Shown piece by piece: positions 11,442-22,603 of a DNA stretch of 64,000 nucleotides. Numbering within the stretch: position 1 is the stretch's first letter; each line of letters opens with the position of its first letter. The position numbers and the translations under genes were made by a program. Below the pieces are notes generated by a model. It ran no database searches. It had not been told where the DNA came from and saw only the letters and a program-made list of their open reading frames with translations. The DNA comes from Schizosaccharomyces osmophilus (taxonomy: Eukaryota): the NCBI RefSeq assembly GCF_027921745.1, contig NC_079238.1, positions 2,604,001-2,668,000 of the forward strand, in the 5' to 3' direction.

Positions 11442-12368
11442 TTAGCGTCCACTCTTTTCAAGAATTTCCATATAGGATTTCCTTGTTTTATCTTTAAGGC
11501 GTTTGTTTTTTGAACGCATCCTTTTTCTATCCGGACGAACCACAATCACAGGAATCGGACTTCTCTGCAAACAGAATTTGGAAACACTTCCACTGGATAA
11601 AAGGGATTGAAAACTGTTTAAAGGCTTTCCCCTGGTGCCTACAATCAAGCTGTCGGGTGAATATGTATGAATAGTTCGAAGAATCATATCCTGAGGCTTT
11701 CCAACGAGGAGCTCGACTATAATAGACACAGCTTTTTCTTCGTCAATTTTTCTTAGTAAAGATGCCATCACGTTTTCTGCCATTAGGCGATATGAGTTTT
11801 CGTCCAATAACTCTTCCGCCATTTTGGAAGAAGGATCAATGACTCGCAAGATAACGACTTCATCGTTGTCAGACAAAAGAGATTCGAACAAGTACTCTAC
11901 AGCAAATTCGGAGTATATATTTTCATCCATACCACATAAAAATGTCCGAGATGCTCGAGTCCATTTGTAAGCTCGATGTTGAGTTTTTAAAGTTAGAGAA
12001 AACTCCGATGCAGCTTTATTGTTAAACGTATCAAACGAGATCCTTTTAAGAAAATGTGGACTCGGGGGAGGAGAAGCTAAGCTATGTGGTCGATTGTATG
12101 GGTACTCTTCAAATTGTGGCTGTATGAAACCAGCACCCTGAGCGGCAGCAAATGTAACAGAACTCTTAGCAACGGGACGAACCATCGGTTTGTCCATAGA
12201 TGACCTAGAGCTTCTAGTTACGGGTGTTACAGGCTCTGAGTGCGCCTGTCGCTGAACATTGGTACCTATTGTAAGTTTGCTTTTTTCTTTCGACTCAGGA
12301 CGAGGAAGATTTCCGAACGAAATTCCTTCTTTAGCATTTCCATTGCTGTCGGACTGATCTTCAGACAT
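11442..12368 (-). CDS. Universal stress protein (Usp) domain protein, 308 aa (SPBC25B2.10 orthologue)
   Basis: First ATG at 12368 (MSEDQSDS; the track start is TTG). C-terminal USP motifs DSLIVGTRG...GSVSKFCLQRSPIPVIVVRP. Confidence 0.9.
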   Translation of the reverse strand: MSEDQSDSNGNAKEGISFGNLPRPESKEKSKLTIGTNVQRQAHSEPVTPVTRSSRSSMDKPMVRPVAKSSVTFAAAQGAGFIQPQFEEYPYNRPHSLASPPPSPHFLKRISFDTFNNKAASEFSLTLKTQHRAYKWTRASRTFLCGMDENIYSEFAVEYLFESLLSDNDEVVILRVIDPSSKMAEELLDENSYRLMAENVMASLLRKIDEEKAVSIIVELLVGKPQDMILRTIHTYSPDSLIVGTRGKPLNSFQSLLSSGSVSKFCLQRSPIPVIVVRPDRKRMRSKNKRLKDKTRKSYMEILEKSGR

Positions 12369-13345
12369 ACCAATGTTCTCAGAGTGAAAAAGATTATTAA
12401 AATAGCCAACGACTAAAGGTGAGGGTTTAAGCAATGGTTATTAAAAAAAAAAAGAAAAAAAGAAAAAAAATTCAGCGTAGTAATAGTCTAAAATCAACTT
12501 AAAACTGAATAGACGAAACTGAGCACCGAAGGTAACAAATGACACTATTCAAAAAGAAAAATTGTGGTACTAGCGATCAGTCTGTTTACCAGCTTACAAT
12601 AAACACAATTTTTCACTGTAATTTTCAATAATTGGTTAAGACAAGCGTTCTGGTTGTTTTTTGTTCTGGTTTCGCTTTGCTATTGAGTATGGTAGAAAGC
12701 TGATGTAGATGAAAGTGAGGCCATTAGAATTTTTCCATATATGCGAGGAACCCGTAAATCGGTAGCAACAATATATGCTATTTATAGGAAGCTCTTCATT
12801 CTACGAGAGCGGTTTTCACCAGATACTTATGGCCTTGATAGGCTTTTAGCGATTTTTTGAAATTTTGTCTACATGAATTGCTTTCAATCGCCAAAGAAGG
12901 TCTCATCAACAGAAAGACATTTCCTTATACCAATAAATATAAATTTGAACTACTATAACGTCCGGAAGCCAGATTATGGAAACAGGATTATTTTCAAAAA
13001 AGCAACAGCTACAGGTTTCAAGGCATGAGAAGTTTTGATATATATTTCTTAATTATAAAAAATTTGACTATTTATTGTATGTGAAAAGTGTTTGTACTTT
13101 TGATGAGCATTGATAGTGTTACTCATTATGGAAAAGTTTTTCTTCCTCTACCACACTTGGCAACTGACAGGAAGCCAGAACAAAACATTTATACTTGTCA
13201 ATTGATAAAATTGGCTTTAAATTTTGAAAGTATTTTTGTTTCATTGGCAAGGCTAAAGCTGAAGCCAAAATTTCGCTTTCCCTCTAAGCTTTTAATTCAA
13301 CGAAATATTTGTGGATTTAGACGATATCATATATTCACAAAGAAA

Positions 13346-15202
13346 ATGGCAGCTGTGGAACAACTTACGATGAATTTGAACTCTTTAGGTTTGCAGGATC
13401 ATACTCTTCGTGAAGAAGCTGATGTTGAACACAACCCTATTGATCTCTACCGCAGTTACATTTCTACTGAACTGTCCAAAATCAGTGGAGTAGATGCTTC
13501 TCTTATATATCCTGCTTTGGAAACTTCAATTAGCAAAGACTCTGCTGACTTGAATCTACCAGTTCCTCGTCTTCGTGCAAAAGGTGGTAAGCCTCAAGAA
13601 TTGGCTGCTAAATGGGCTGAAGAATTTCCTAAGAATTTGGTTGAGGTTGCCGCTAATGGAATTTTTTTGCGTTTTAATTTCATTGGATCTTCCCTTACCA
13701 AGTTGGTTTTGCCAATGATTTGGAACCAACGAAAAGAATTTGGTCGTAACGAGTCCGCTAAGGGAAAGGTGGCCGTCATTGAGTTCAGTAGCCCTAACAT
13801 TGCTAAACCTTTCCATGCTGGTCATCTCCGTAGTACAATCATTGGTTCTTTCCTGTCCAACTTGCATGAATCCCAAGGTTGGAAAGTACATCGTGTTAAC
13901 TACTTGGGTGATTGGGGTAAACAGTTTGGTTTGCTTGCCATTGGCTTTAAACGTTATGGAAATGATAAGGAGTTGGAAGAAAATCCTATGCGTCATCTTT
14001 ATGATGTTTACGTGAAAATTAATGCCGATGCTACTGCTGAAGAAGAAAAGATTCAGCAAGAAAGCGCTGAAGCTGAAAGTAAGGGTGTTCCTTACACTCC
14101 CTTCGCTACCCTCCATGACAAAGCTCGTGAGTTTTTTAGGCATATGGAAGCTGGCGATGAGCAAAGTCTTAAGATTTGGTCTCGTTTCCGTGAACTAAGT
14201 ATTCTCAAATTGAAGGAGACGTATGAGCGCCTTAACATTGAGTACGACGAATATGACGGTGAATCTCAGGTTTCCCTTCCATTTATGGATGAAATGACTG
14301 ATCTTCTAAAACAGAAAAACCTTGTCGAACAAGACAATGGTGCCTTGTTAATTGATTTAGCCAAATTTGACAAGAAACTTGGCAAAGCAGTCGTCCGTAA
14401 GAGCGATGGTGCCACCCTTTACTTGACTCGTGATATTGGTACCGCTGTTAAGCGTTATGAAAAGTATCATTTTGACAAATCTATCTACGTTGTTGCTTCT
14501 CAACAAGATATGTACTTTGCTCAATTATTTAAAATTTTTGAGCTCATGGGTTTCGAATGGGCTAAAAAGTGTGTTCATATTAACTACGGTCTTGTTCAAG
14601 GAATGAGTACTAGAAAGGGTAAGGCAATCTTCTTGGACGATATCATGGAGGTTGCCAAAGAAGAAATGCATAAGGTTATGCAAAATAACGAAGAGAAGTA
14701 TTCTCAAATTGAAAACCCTGAGGAGGTTGCTGACATTGTCGGTAAGACTGCTATCCGTATTCAAGATTCAACTGGTAAGCGTATCAATAACTATGCTTTC
14801 GATTGGTCACGTATGACTTCCTTTGAAGGTGATACTGGTCCTTACCTTCAATATGCTCATTCTCGTTTGTCATCTGTTCAACGTAACGTTGACTTTACCG
14901 ATGAACAGATGAAGAATGCCGATTTGAGTTTAATCACAGAGCCTGATGCTTATGAGTTGGTTCGCTTGCTCGGCCAATATCCTGATGTTTTGAAGAGCGC
15001 ATTCCGCTTCCAAGAAACATCTACTGTGGTTACATACCTTTTCAAGCTGACACATGCTGTTAGTAAATTGTACGATATTCTTTGGGTTAAGGGTCGTGAA
15101 GAAAACTTGCAACTTGCACGTCTTGCATTGTTTGGAGCTGCTAAACAAGTTTTGAACAATGGTATGAGATTATTGGGCTTGACTCCCTTAGAGAGAATGT
15201 AG
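13346..15202 (+). CDS. mrs1: Arginine-tRNA ligase (class I), 618 aa from MAAVEQ; probably serves both cytosol and mitochondria
   Basis: EFSSPNIAKPFHAGHLRST (HIGH-like), GMSTRKG (KMSKS-like), GDTGPYLQYAH and C-terminal LGLTPLERM. ATG in AAAATGG context; frame open 86 codons further upstream. Confidence 0.95.
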   Translation: MAAVEQLTMNLNSLGLQDHTLREEADVEHNPIDLYRSYISTELSKISGVDASLIYPALETSISKDSADLNLPVPRLRAKGGKPQELAAKWAEEFPKNLVEVAANGIFLRFNFIGSSLTKLVLPMIWNQRKEFGRNESAKGKVAVIEFSSPNIAKPFHAGHLRSTIIGSFLSNLHESQGWKVHRVNYLGDWGKQFGLLAIGFKRYGNDKELEENPMRHLYDVYVKINADATAEEEKIQQESAEAESKGVPYTPFATLHDKAREFFRHMEAGDEQSLKIWSRFRELSILKLKETYERLNIEYDEYDGESQVSLPFMDEMTDLLKQKNLVEQDNGALLIDLAKFDKKLGKAVVRKSDGATLYLTRDIGTAVKRYEKYHFDKSIYVVASQQDMYFAQLFKIFELMGFEWAKKCVHINYGLVQGMSTRKGKAIFLDDIMEVAKEEMHKVMQNNEEKYSQIENPEEVADIVGKTAIRIQDSTGKRINNYAFDWSRMTSFEGDTGPYLQYAHSRLSSVQRNVDFTDEQMKNADLSLITEPDAYELVRLLGQYPDVLKSAFRFQETSTVVTYLFKLTHAVSKLYDILWVKGREENLQLARLALFGAAKQVLNNGMRLLGLTPLERM

Positions 15203-15365
15203 GTTGTTATAAAATAAAATTAAGATTTTTGTGACGGTAAATAGAAATTTATTATCCGAAATATGTTGTACACAGATGGGGTAAATGAAACTTATAAAAT
15301 TCGGGTCAAAGTTTGAAATTGATGAGAGCCAGATATTAAGAGTATGACATTAAAGACATGGCTTT

Positions 15366-15390
15366 AAAAAAAAAAGGGGGGGGGGGGGGG
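15366..15390. repeat. A10-G15 homopolymer junction
   Basis: aaaaaaaaaa followed by 15 G in the convergent intergenic region downstream of ArgRS. Confidence 0.85.
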
Positions 15391-15503
15391 CCGATTTTTA
15401 ATTGTTTGACAACGACTATGTTAGTGAAGCGAGTGAAAACAAGACGAATGACAGCAAAGGGGAAAACGAGAATTCAAGTGAGAGAAGTTGTAGAAAATGG
15501 GAT

Positions 15504-15869
15504 TCAGTTATTTAAGCATTCCGGTTGTTGCATGGCAGACAGAGCAAGAGTGGATGTAGTACTAACCAAGGTGGGAGGAGAGATCTGAACAGACCTAGGG
15601 TTCAGGCATTTGCTCTTTTTCTGAAATGGAAATAAACGACCTAAAAGAGACTTGACAAAATCAAAATTTCTTTTAAGAAGACTTTTTGGGGATCGCGCAG
15701 AAGGACGCGCTCGGGCAGGTCCTTGTTCTTGTGCTATGGGAACACTTTCCTTTAGAAAATGATTTCGAACATCATTTTCGAGAATGGGATCCATAAAGCA
15801 GCTGGAACGAACTTTGCCTTGATATTCAGTGGCGCCTGCTGTTATCAATTTTCGGTTCTGAGCATTCAT
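15504..15869 (-). CDS. Small lineage-specific protein, 121 aa (or 96 aa from MDPILE); positional candidate orthologue of S. pombe SPBC25B2.08
   Basis: ATG-initiated ORF, more GC-rich than its flanks. Position and orientation between ArgRS and mmb1 match the recalled S. pombe orphan. No domain recognised. Confidence 0.55.
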   Translation of the reverse strand: MNAQNRKLITAGATEYQGKVRSSCFMDPILENDVRNHFLKESVPIAQEQGPARARPSARSPKSLLKRNFDFVKSLLGRLFPFQKKSKCLNPRSVQISPPTLVSTTSTLALSAMQQPECLNN

Positions 15870-16847
15870 TCTTGTACCGGAAAAAAAAGGAAAACGACAA
15901 TAATAAAAATAAGCAATAACAATAAAAGTGAGAATGAGAATGAGAATAAGATTTTAGACTTGGACTTAGAGGGGGGAATATAAAACTGTAGATCATAAAA
16001 AACCAAAAACAAGAAAGCACAATTGAGAATATCTATATAAATAAATAATTTTAAATCGGAAACCCAATTCACCGTTTCTTAGAGTCAATATGAAAGAACT
16101 GAGCAACGCTAGTAATTTAAATTTCTTCTTTAACAGGACACACGGAAGCTTTCTTGAGCGGTATATTTAAAGGACAGGATGAATAGCGGAAGTTTTGTAT
16201 GGAAACAAAACTTCCTAAATGATATGTGCAAAGAACAAAAACGACACGGGATGAACCAAATGGTCCATAAATGAACCTGAAAGGAAAGGAACAAAAGGTA
16301 GGAAAAAGTAACAAGATTCCCTTCAGTTGATAGCCCTGAATTTCTTTTAAGAAGAGTAAAAATGGAAGCAAGAAAGTCGTTTGATGAGTCTTACAAAAGA
16401 ACACATTCCTTCATTGATAAAAGTTCGTCATGCAATTCTGATCGTTGTTGAAAATGGATGACTTTTATGATACTTTGTAGTTCAACCAAAAGATGACAGC
16501 AGTTGTTTAGTAGTATCTGTTTGAAGAAGTAGAAAGTAATGAGAAACTCAAGCATCATATTAAAATAGCAATTCGTAAAGCCGGGAACTATTTGTTTAAT
16601 AAATTTGGAGGTTTTCATCTAAAAAAAAAAGGGAACGGAATGTGCTATATTGGTTTACGGTTTTCTAAATGCTTGTTTTGACAGATGCTAAAGTTAAAAC
16701 GACTCTATCCTCTTTTGCATTCTTTGTTTTAAGTGAAAAGCTATTTCCTTCCATTGTTTACTTTACACGTATGAAACCTTTGTTTATTAAAGTACTGGTT
16801 TTATACTGCACAATTTCAAACTCATAGTATAATGTCATGTAGTCGTT

Positions 16848-16858
16848 TGTTTATTTAC
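16848..16858. promoter_or_regulatory. FLEX forkhead element upstream of mmb1/mug164
   Basis: TGTTTATTTAC (reverse complement GTAAATAAACA) about 470 bp upstream of the mmb1 ATG; the S. pombe gene is a meiotically upregulated (mug) gene. Confidence 0.4.
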
Positions 16859-17324
16859 CTTGTAAAGAAGGTTAAAATGACCAAGCACACTACTGAGCAG
16901 TATTTCATAAAATCAGATATCTTTCTCTTTGTTTTTGAAAATTCTTTTAAAATCCTATCGCGTTCTCATCCACTAGCTTTGATAATGAACCGTATGTTCT
17001 TAAACCGTCTTCAATCGAAAACGTACTACCGGCATTCAAAGAAAAAAAATTTCACTATAACTAATTATTTGTCAAAGTTTCTTCAAAAAACGAGCTTTAA
17101 TTTGTAAAAAAAAAAATAAATAAAAAATAAAAAAAAGTTATGATCTATTTATTTATTATATTAAATGCCGCATCAAAGTCTTTAGTACGATGCTGCTCTA
17201 TTGCTGGTACGTTACCTTTCCTCTGGGGAATACGAGAACATTGTCGAAACAACATCGACTCTTTAATAAACGTTCTTTAATAGTCTAATCTTTTCATACG
17301 CTCTCTTCTTTCTCGAATATTATA

Positions 17325-19250
17325 ATGCCAATGCCAGGTTCAGCAAATCAAGAGCCTTTGGCAGAGGCAGAAACAAACATGCTGCAGCGATTAGAACAAC
17401 TACAAATGCAGACGTCCAACATTCTTAAAAAACTGCATTCTACTACCACTTTCTCGGAAACATCATCAGCTGACCATGTAAACGAGAATGGTATCGTTGC
17501 TGCAAGCTCTACTTCTGCGATGCCTTCCGACAACATTGATTCATTAACTGAGGCGATGGTTAATGTGAAAATAGATGAAGATCAGAAAAAGCAAGAATTT
17601 GCTACCAATTCCAATACCGAGGACACTCCTTCTCAAGAACAACAAGAAACCCCTCAGATACCTACTTCTATTTCACCTAGCAAAACGAAGGTTAAAGCTC
17701 GAGCCATTCGACCTTCCACAAAGCCGACTCGGGAATCCCTTTCAACCGATCAACACCAGCGAACTTTACCATCCCGCTTGTCCGGTCGTCTTTCCACTGG
17801 AGTACAAGACACAAGACTTTCATCGCCTGGTATTTCTCCATCCCCAGTACGTCCTCCTTCTTCTCTAGCATCTCGTTCTTCATTACCTTCCTCAGCTTGT
17901 CCTAAAGTTGCATTATCTACTCCCAAGTCGCCAGCTTTGGTAAATCCTCAAGTTGCTAGATCTAGATCTTCCCTGGGTGTTCGCCCTCCCTCCAGAATCA
18001 CCGTCAACTCTACTTCTATTGCACAAGATACTGCACCTAAAGTACAATCCAAGCCTTCCAATGGAGAGAAAGTTTCTTCACCCGGAGCCTCTCCCAAAGT
18101 ATCTGCAAGACGAACTAGTGGGGTTTCCATTGTTCGTCCTGCTACTCGGGCTGCAACAACACGTCCAATGTCACGATCTACGGGTTCCTCCTCTGTAGGG
18201 ATACGTGGAAATCAACCTACCACACAAACTCCTACCGTTCCAAAGGCCAAAACCAATGTACATGCAAATATCCTTCGTCCTTCTACTTCTGCTTATACCG
18301 TACGTCCTGGCTCCAGGATTCTCCGTGATCCCGATCCATCTCGCGATTCATCCAGACATCCTCCGACTTCTTCTCTGCGTAATAACTCATCCCTGGCAGT
18401 TCCCTCTCCGCCTATCGGTACTGTAAATAGATCACCGTCAAGATTAGGACAAACTGGAGCTAATATCAGGAATCCTAGTGCTAAGGTAATCAGACCTTCA
18501 ACTGCAGCTGACGTACGATCTCCTTCGAGAAGTACTACTGCTACTAGAACGCCCTCTAGGCTAGGGCATACCGGGGCTCCTATTAAAAACCCAAACGTTA
18601 GAGTAGTTAGACCTGGAACTGCCGCTGCGGTGCACTCTCCTGCTAGAAGCACTATTCCAAGAGCACCATCTAGGTTAGATCAAACGGAGGCCACTGTAAA
18701 GAAATCAAACGTTAGGGTAATGAGACCCGGGACTGCCGCCGGAACACGTTCACCTTCTAGAATTACAGCACCAAGGACGCCGTCGAGACTAGGACAGGCC
18801 GGACCCGATACTAAAAAATCAAATGTTAAGATTGTGAGACCCGGGACTGCTGCTGGAGTACGGTCTCCTTCTAATGCGGCTGCCCCAAGAGCACCGTCTA
18901 GACTTGAACAAACAGGAGTTAATGCAAAAAATTCAAGCGCCAAGATAATGAGGCCGGGCACTGCCTCTGGGATAAGATCTCCTTCACGACTTGCACAGGC
19001 TTCAGTTCCTTCGAAAACTCCGATTAATGGAGTTCGAGCAAAAGCTTCAAATGTTGAACGACCCACATCCTCATTACGAATTCATGCACCTTCTCGTCCT
19101 TTACAGCGCCCATCGATCATTCGCCCAACCACGTCTTTACGACATGAGCGAAGCAAAGTTCAAGGAATATCCAGTCCATTGCCAGAAGATATCGACGTAT
19201 CTAAAAAGTGTGAGTCCAACGAATCCTTAGACCTCAACAAAATAAATTGA
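17325..19250 (+). CDS. mmb1: Mitochondria-microtubule tether Mmb1/Mug164 orthologue; basic Ser/Pro/Arg-rich disordered protein, 641 aa
   Basis: Long ORF with a short N-terminal coiled coil and many RPxT/S and SPSR motifs. Name rests mainly on synteny (next to btb2) and composition. Confidence 0.75.
   Translation: MPMPGSANQEPLAEAETNMLQRLEQLQMQTSNILKKLHSTTTFSETSSADHVNENGIVAASSTSAMPSDNIDSLTEAMVNVKIDEDQKKQEFATNSNTEDTPSQEQQETPQIPTSISPSKTKVKARAIRPSTKPTRESLSTDQHQRTLPSRLSGRLSTGVQDTRLSSPGISPSPVRPPSSLASRSSLPSSACPKVALSTPKSPALVNPQVARSRSSLGVRPPSRITVNSTSIAQDTAPKVQSKPSNGEKVSSPGASPKVSARRTSGVSIVRPATRAATTRPMSRSTGSSSVGIRGNQPTTQTPTVPKAKTNVHANILRPSTSAYTVRPGSRILRDPDPSRDSSRHPPTSSLRNNSSLAVPSPPIGTVNRSPSRLGQTGANIRNPSAKVIRPSTAADVRSPSRSTTATRTPSRLGHTGAPIKNPNVRVVRPGTAAAVHSPARSTIPRAPSRLDQTEATVKKSNVRVMRPGTAAGTRSPSRITAPRTPSRLGQAGPDTKKSNVKIVRPGTAAGVRSPSNAAAPRAPSRLEQTGVNAKNSSAKIMRPGTASGIRSPSRLAQASVPSKTPINGVRAKASNVERPTSSLRIHAPSRPLQRPSIIRPTTSLRHERSKVQGISSPLPEDIDVSKKCESNESLDLNKIN
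18429..18998 (+). repeat. Coding tandem repeat of 5 units, 114-117 nt (38-39 aa) each, in mmb1
   Basis: Units start at 18429, 18546, 18660, 18774 and 18888; consensus RxPSRLxQTGxxxKxSNVKVxRPGTAAGVRSPSxxxAP. Confidence 0.92.
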
Positions 19251-19698
19251 CAACACGTCTCTCCTTTTAATGTTTACGACCAAGTTTCTTTTAGGTGGTT
19301 AATTTTATACGAGTGTTTGTAATAGTCACTTCATTTAGCATAATCATTCCGTAAAATCAATTTGATACTTTCTTGTTTGAATTGTTGCATTTCCTTTTTC
19401 CCATCAGCTATGTTCTTTCCGTTACTCCAGTCCATCTGTTATTATTCCTCAACTTTTATATGTTTACCTGCGAAAGGGTACGCGCCAAAATCATTATTAT
19501 ACTTGTTTATTAATGAAAGCCTTCGTTGCGTTAAGTTGAATAAGAAGGGGTAAGGGATATTCTAAAAGCAAAGAAGTCTAAAGAGCTGTGGTTCTATACA
19601 AAAACCAAACAAACCAAACGCGAGTTGAGTTGAAGCTGTTGACAAAGTCTGTTTTTGTTCGTAATTGCTCTTTCAGATTGGTTTTGATTGTTATAATA

Positions 19699-20778
19699 AT
19701 GAATGATTTTATACCCGAGGCTTCATTAAACGGTAATGCAAAAGAACAAGAAGTGACTTCTACAAATTATGCTTTGAATGTAAGTAATTCCTTTTCTGAT
19801 AGTTATATTTGTCTTTGTGTCTTTCTTGTTTCATTAAGTACCTTGGATTCAATGAGTTACACTAAATATTGGAGAGTCTAGCTTTTCCTGAATTCAAGGT
19901 GCAGTAATAAACTGAGACGACTCTCATACTTCTAACTTGCTCAAATATTACCACCTGCATTTTTCTTCATACTAACATCGTCCTAGATTTCTGATTTTGT
20001 GTTCTCAAACGGATTCCTGCAGGGTGCTTTTTCAGATACAAACCTACAAATTCAGAACAATGTATACCACCTTCATGCTTTGTTTCTAGCTCGCTCGCCT
20101 GTACTCCATCAAAAAATAATAGAAGTGTCTTCGACGGGGATGCCCTATAATGTCAAATTGGGAATTGAAGATCCTTACGTTACCAAAAAATCAACCATTT
20201 TCGTTCTTTCTTCTCTTTATCGCGATTCCGTTACCATACCAGCTGAATTGAACCCCTGTTGTATTCTTGCTACCAGTGCATTATTGGGTCTTGACGGATT
20301 GGCTTTTGAAGCTGCCGCAAGTATTGAAAATTCAATCAATCCATTTACAATGGAAAATATTCTTACCTTTTTGGACCCAAAACTAGAAGGCTTTGAGAGG
20401 CTTAAAATTGGAGCATATCCTAAATACACTGCAGGCCTCTTTGACAAGGCTTTAGAAGTTATGTACACAACTCTTGTTAATCATTGGGATAAGGAATACG
20501 CTAATGTGCTTCGCAACCTTCCTTTTCCTGCCATCAAAAACCTTTTGGAAAGCGACAAGCTCACTGTCGGAACAAGCAGTATGGCGCGCTACAAACTCGC
20601 TACAGAAATTGTAAGAATGCGAAATTCATACCGCAAGCAATACCGCATAGAAGGACGAGGAGATGAAAGTGTTGTATTAGCTTTCGGAGAAGGTAATCGA
20701 TCTATTCAGCTAGTCAGAACCGCTTCAGGTCCTGAGTCAAGACGGAAAACACTTTGGAAGGCAGCCTCAAGTCAGTAA
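19699..20778 (+). CDS. btb2: BTB/POZ domain protein Btb2, about 290 aa, 2 exons
   Basis: Exons 19699-19779 and 19987-20778; 207-nt intron GTAAGT..CTAAC..TAG. BTB start FSDTNLQIQNNVYHLHALFLARSPVL. Confidence 0.85.
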
Positions 20779-21218
20779 GTCCAAAAAATAGTTTATATGA
20801 AAACAAAATATGCTTTTATATGAGCTTTATACGATTTCTGGATATCTGTTTATCTGTGCATATTTTTAATTAGCTTAATTGTTATTTATTTTTATATTAC
20901 ACACATTTTACAAAATTAAACAAAAGCAAAAACTATGAATACATTGAGAAATTTCTTTTTTTCTTTAGTGAGTTTATGTCTGTTGTACTTTTAATGATAT
21001 TTTGAGGGATTTCAGGCAAAAGGTCTAGCAAATTAAGACTTTGAAAAACGAAGGTTGCTAAACAACAGTAGAAATACAAGACAACTCATAAAATGCAGCA
21101 ATCATCTTTCAGTACTGTTAGAATTACTAGTAAGTACGTTTGTATATATTCTTTCAAAATTTTATTAAACCGTATTATCCGTTAAACAAAATGATTTCAA
21201 CCCAATATTTTACCAGCT

Positions 21219-22374
<1,156 letters not shown>

Positions 22375-22603
22375 TTTCAAATTCTATAAGGATTAAAAAT
22401 GATTTCTTCCCTTTGAAGGTCAGTTCTAACTTTTGGTGGTGAAGGGAGTTGGTTCGTTCTACTTCAATCGAAAGCTTTACAAAGGCATACCAAGTTGGGA
22501 CTGCCAACATCAGTATCCTTGTCTATAACTTACAAAGTCGCATTTTTATTCTACAAAATGAAATAATTGTTGATATTACTGTTAATTGAACTTATAAAGT
22601 TGG

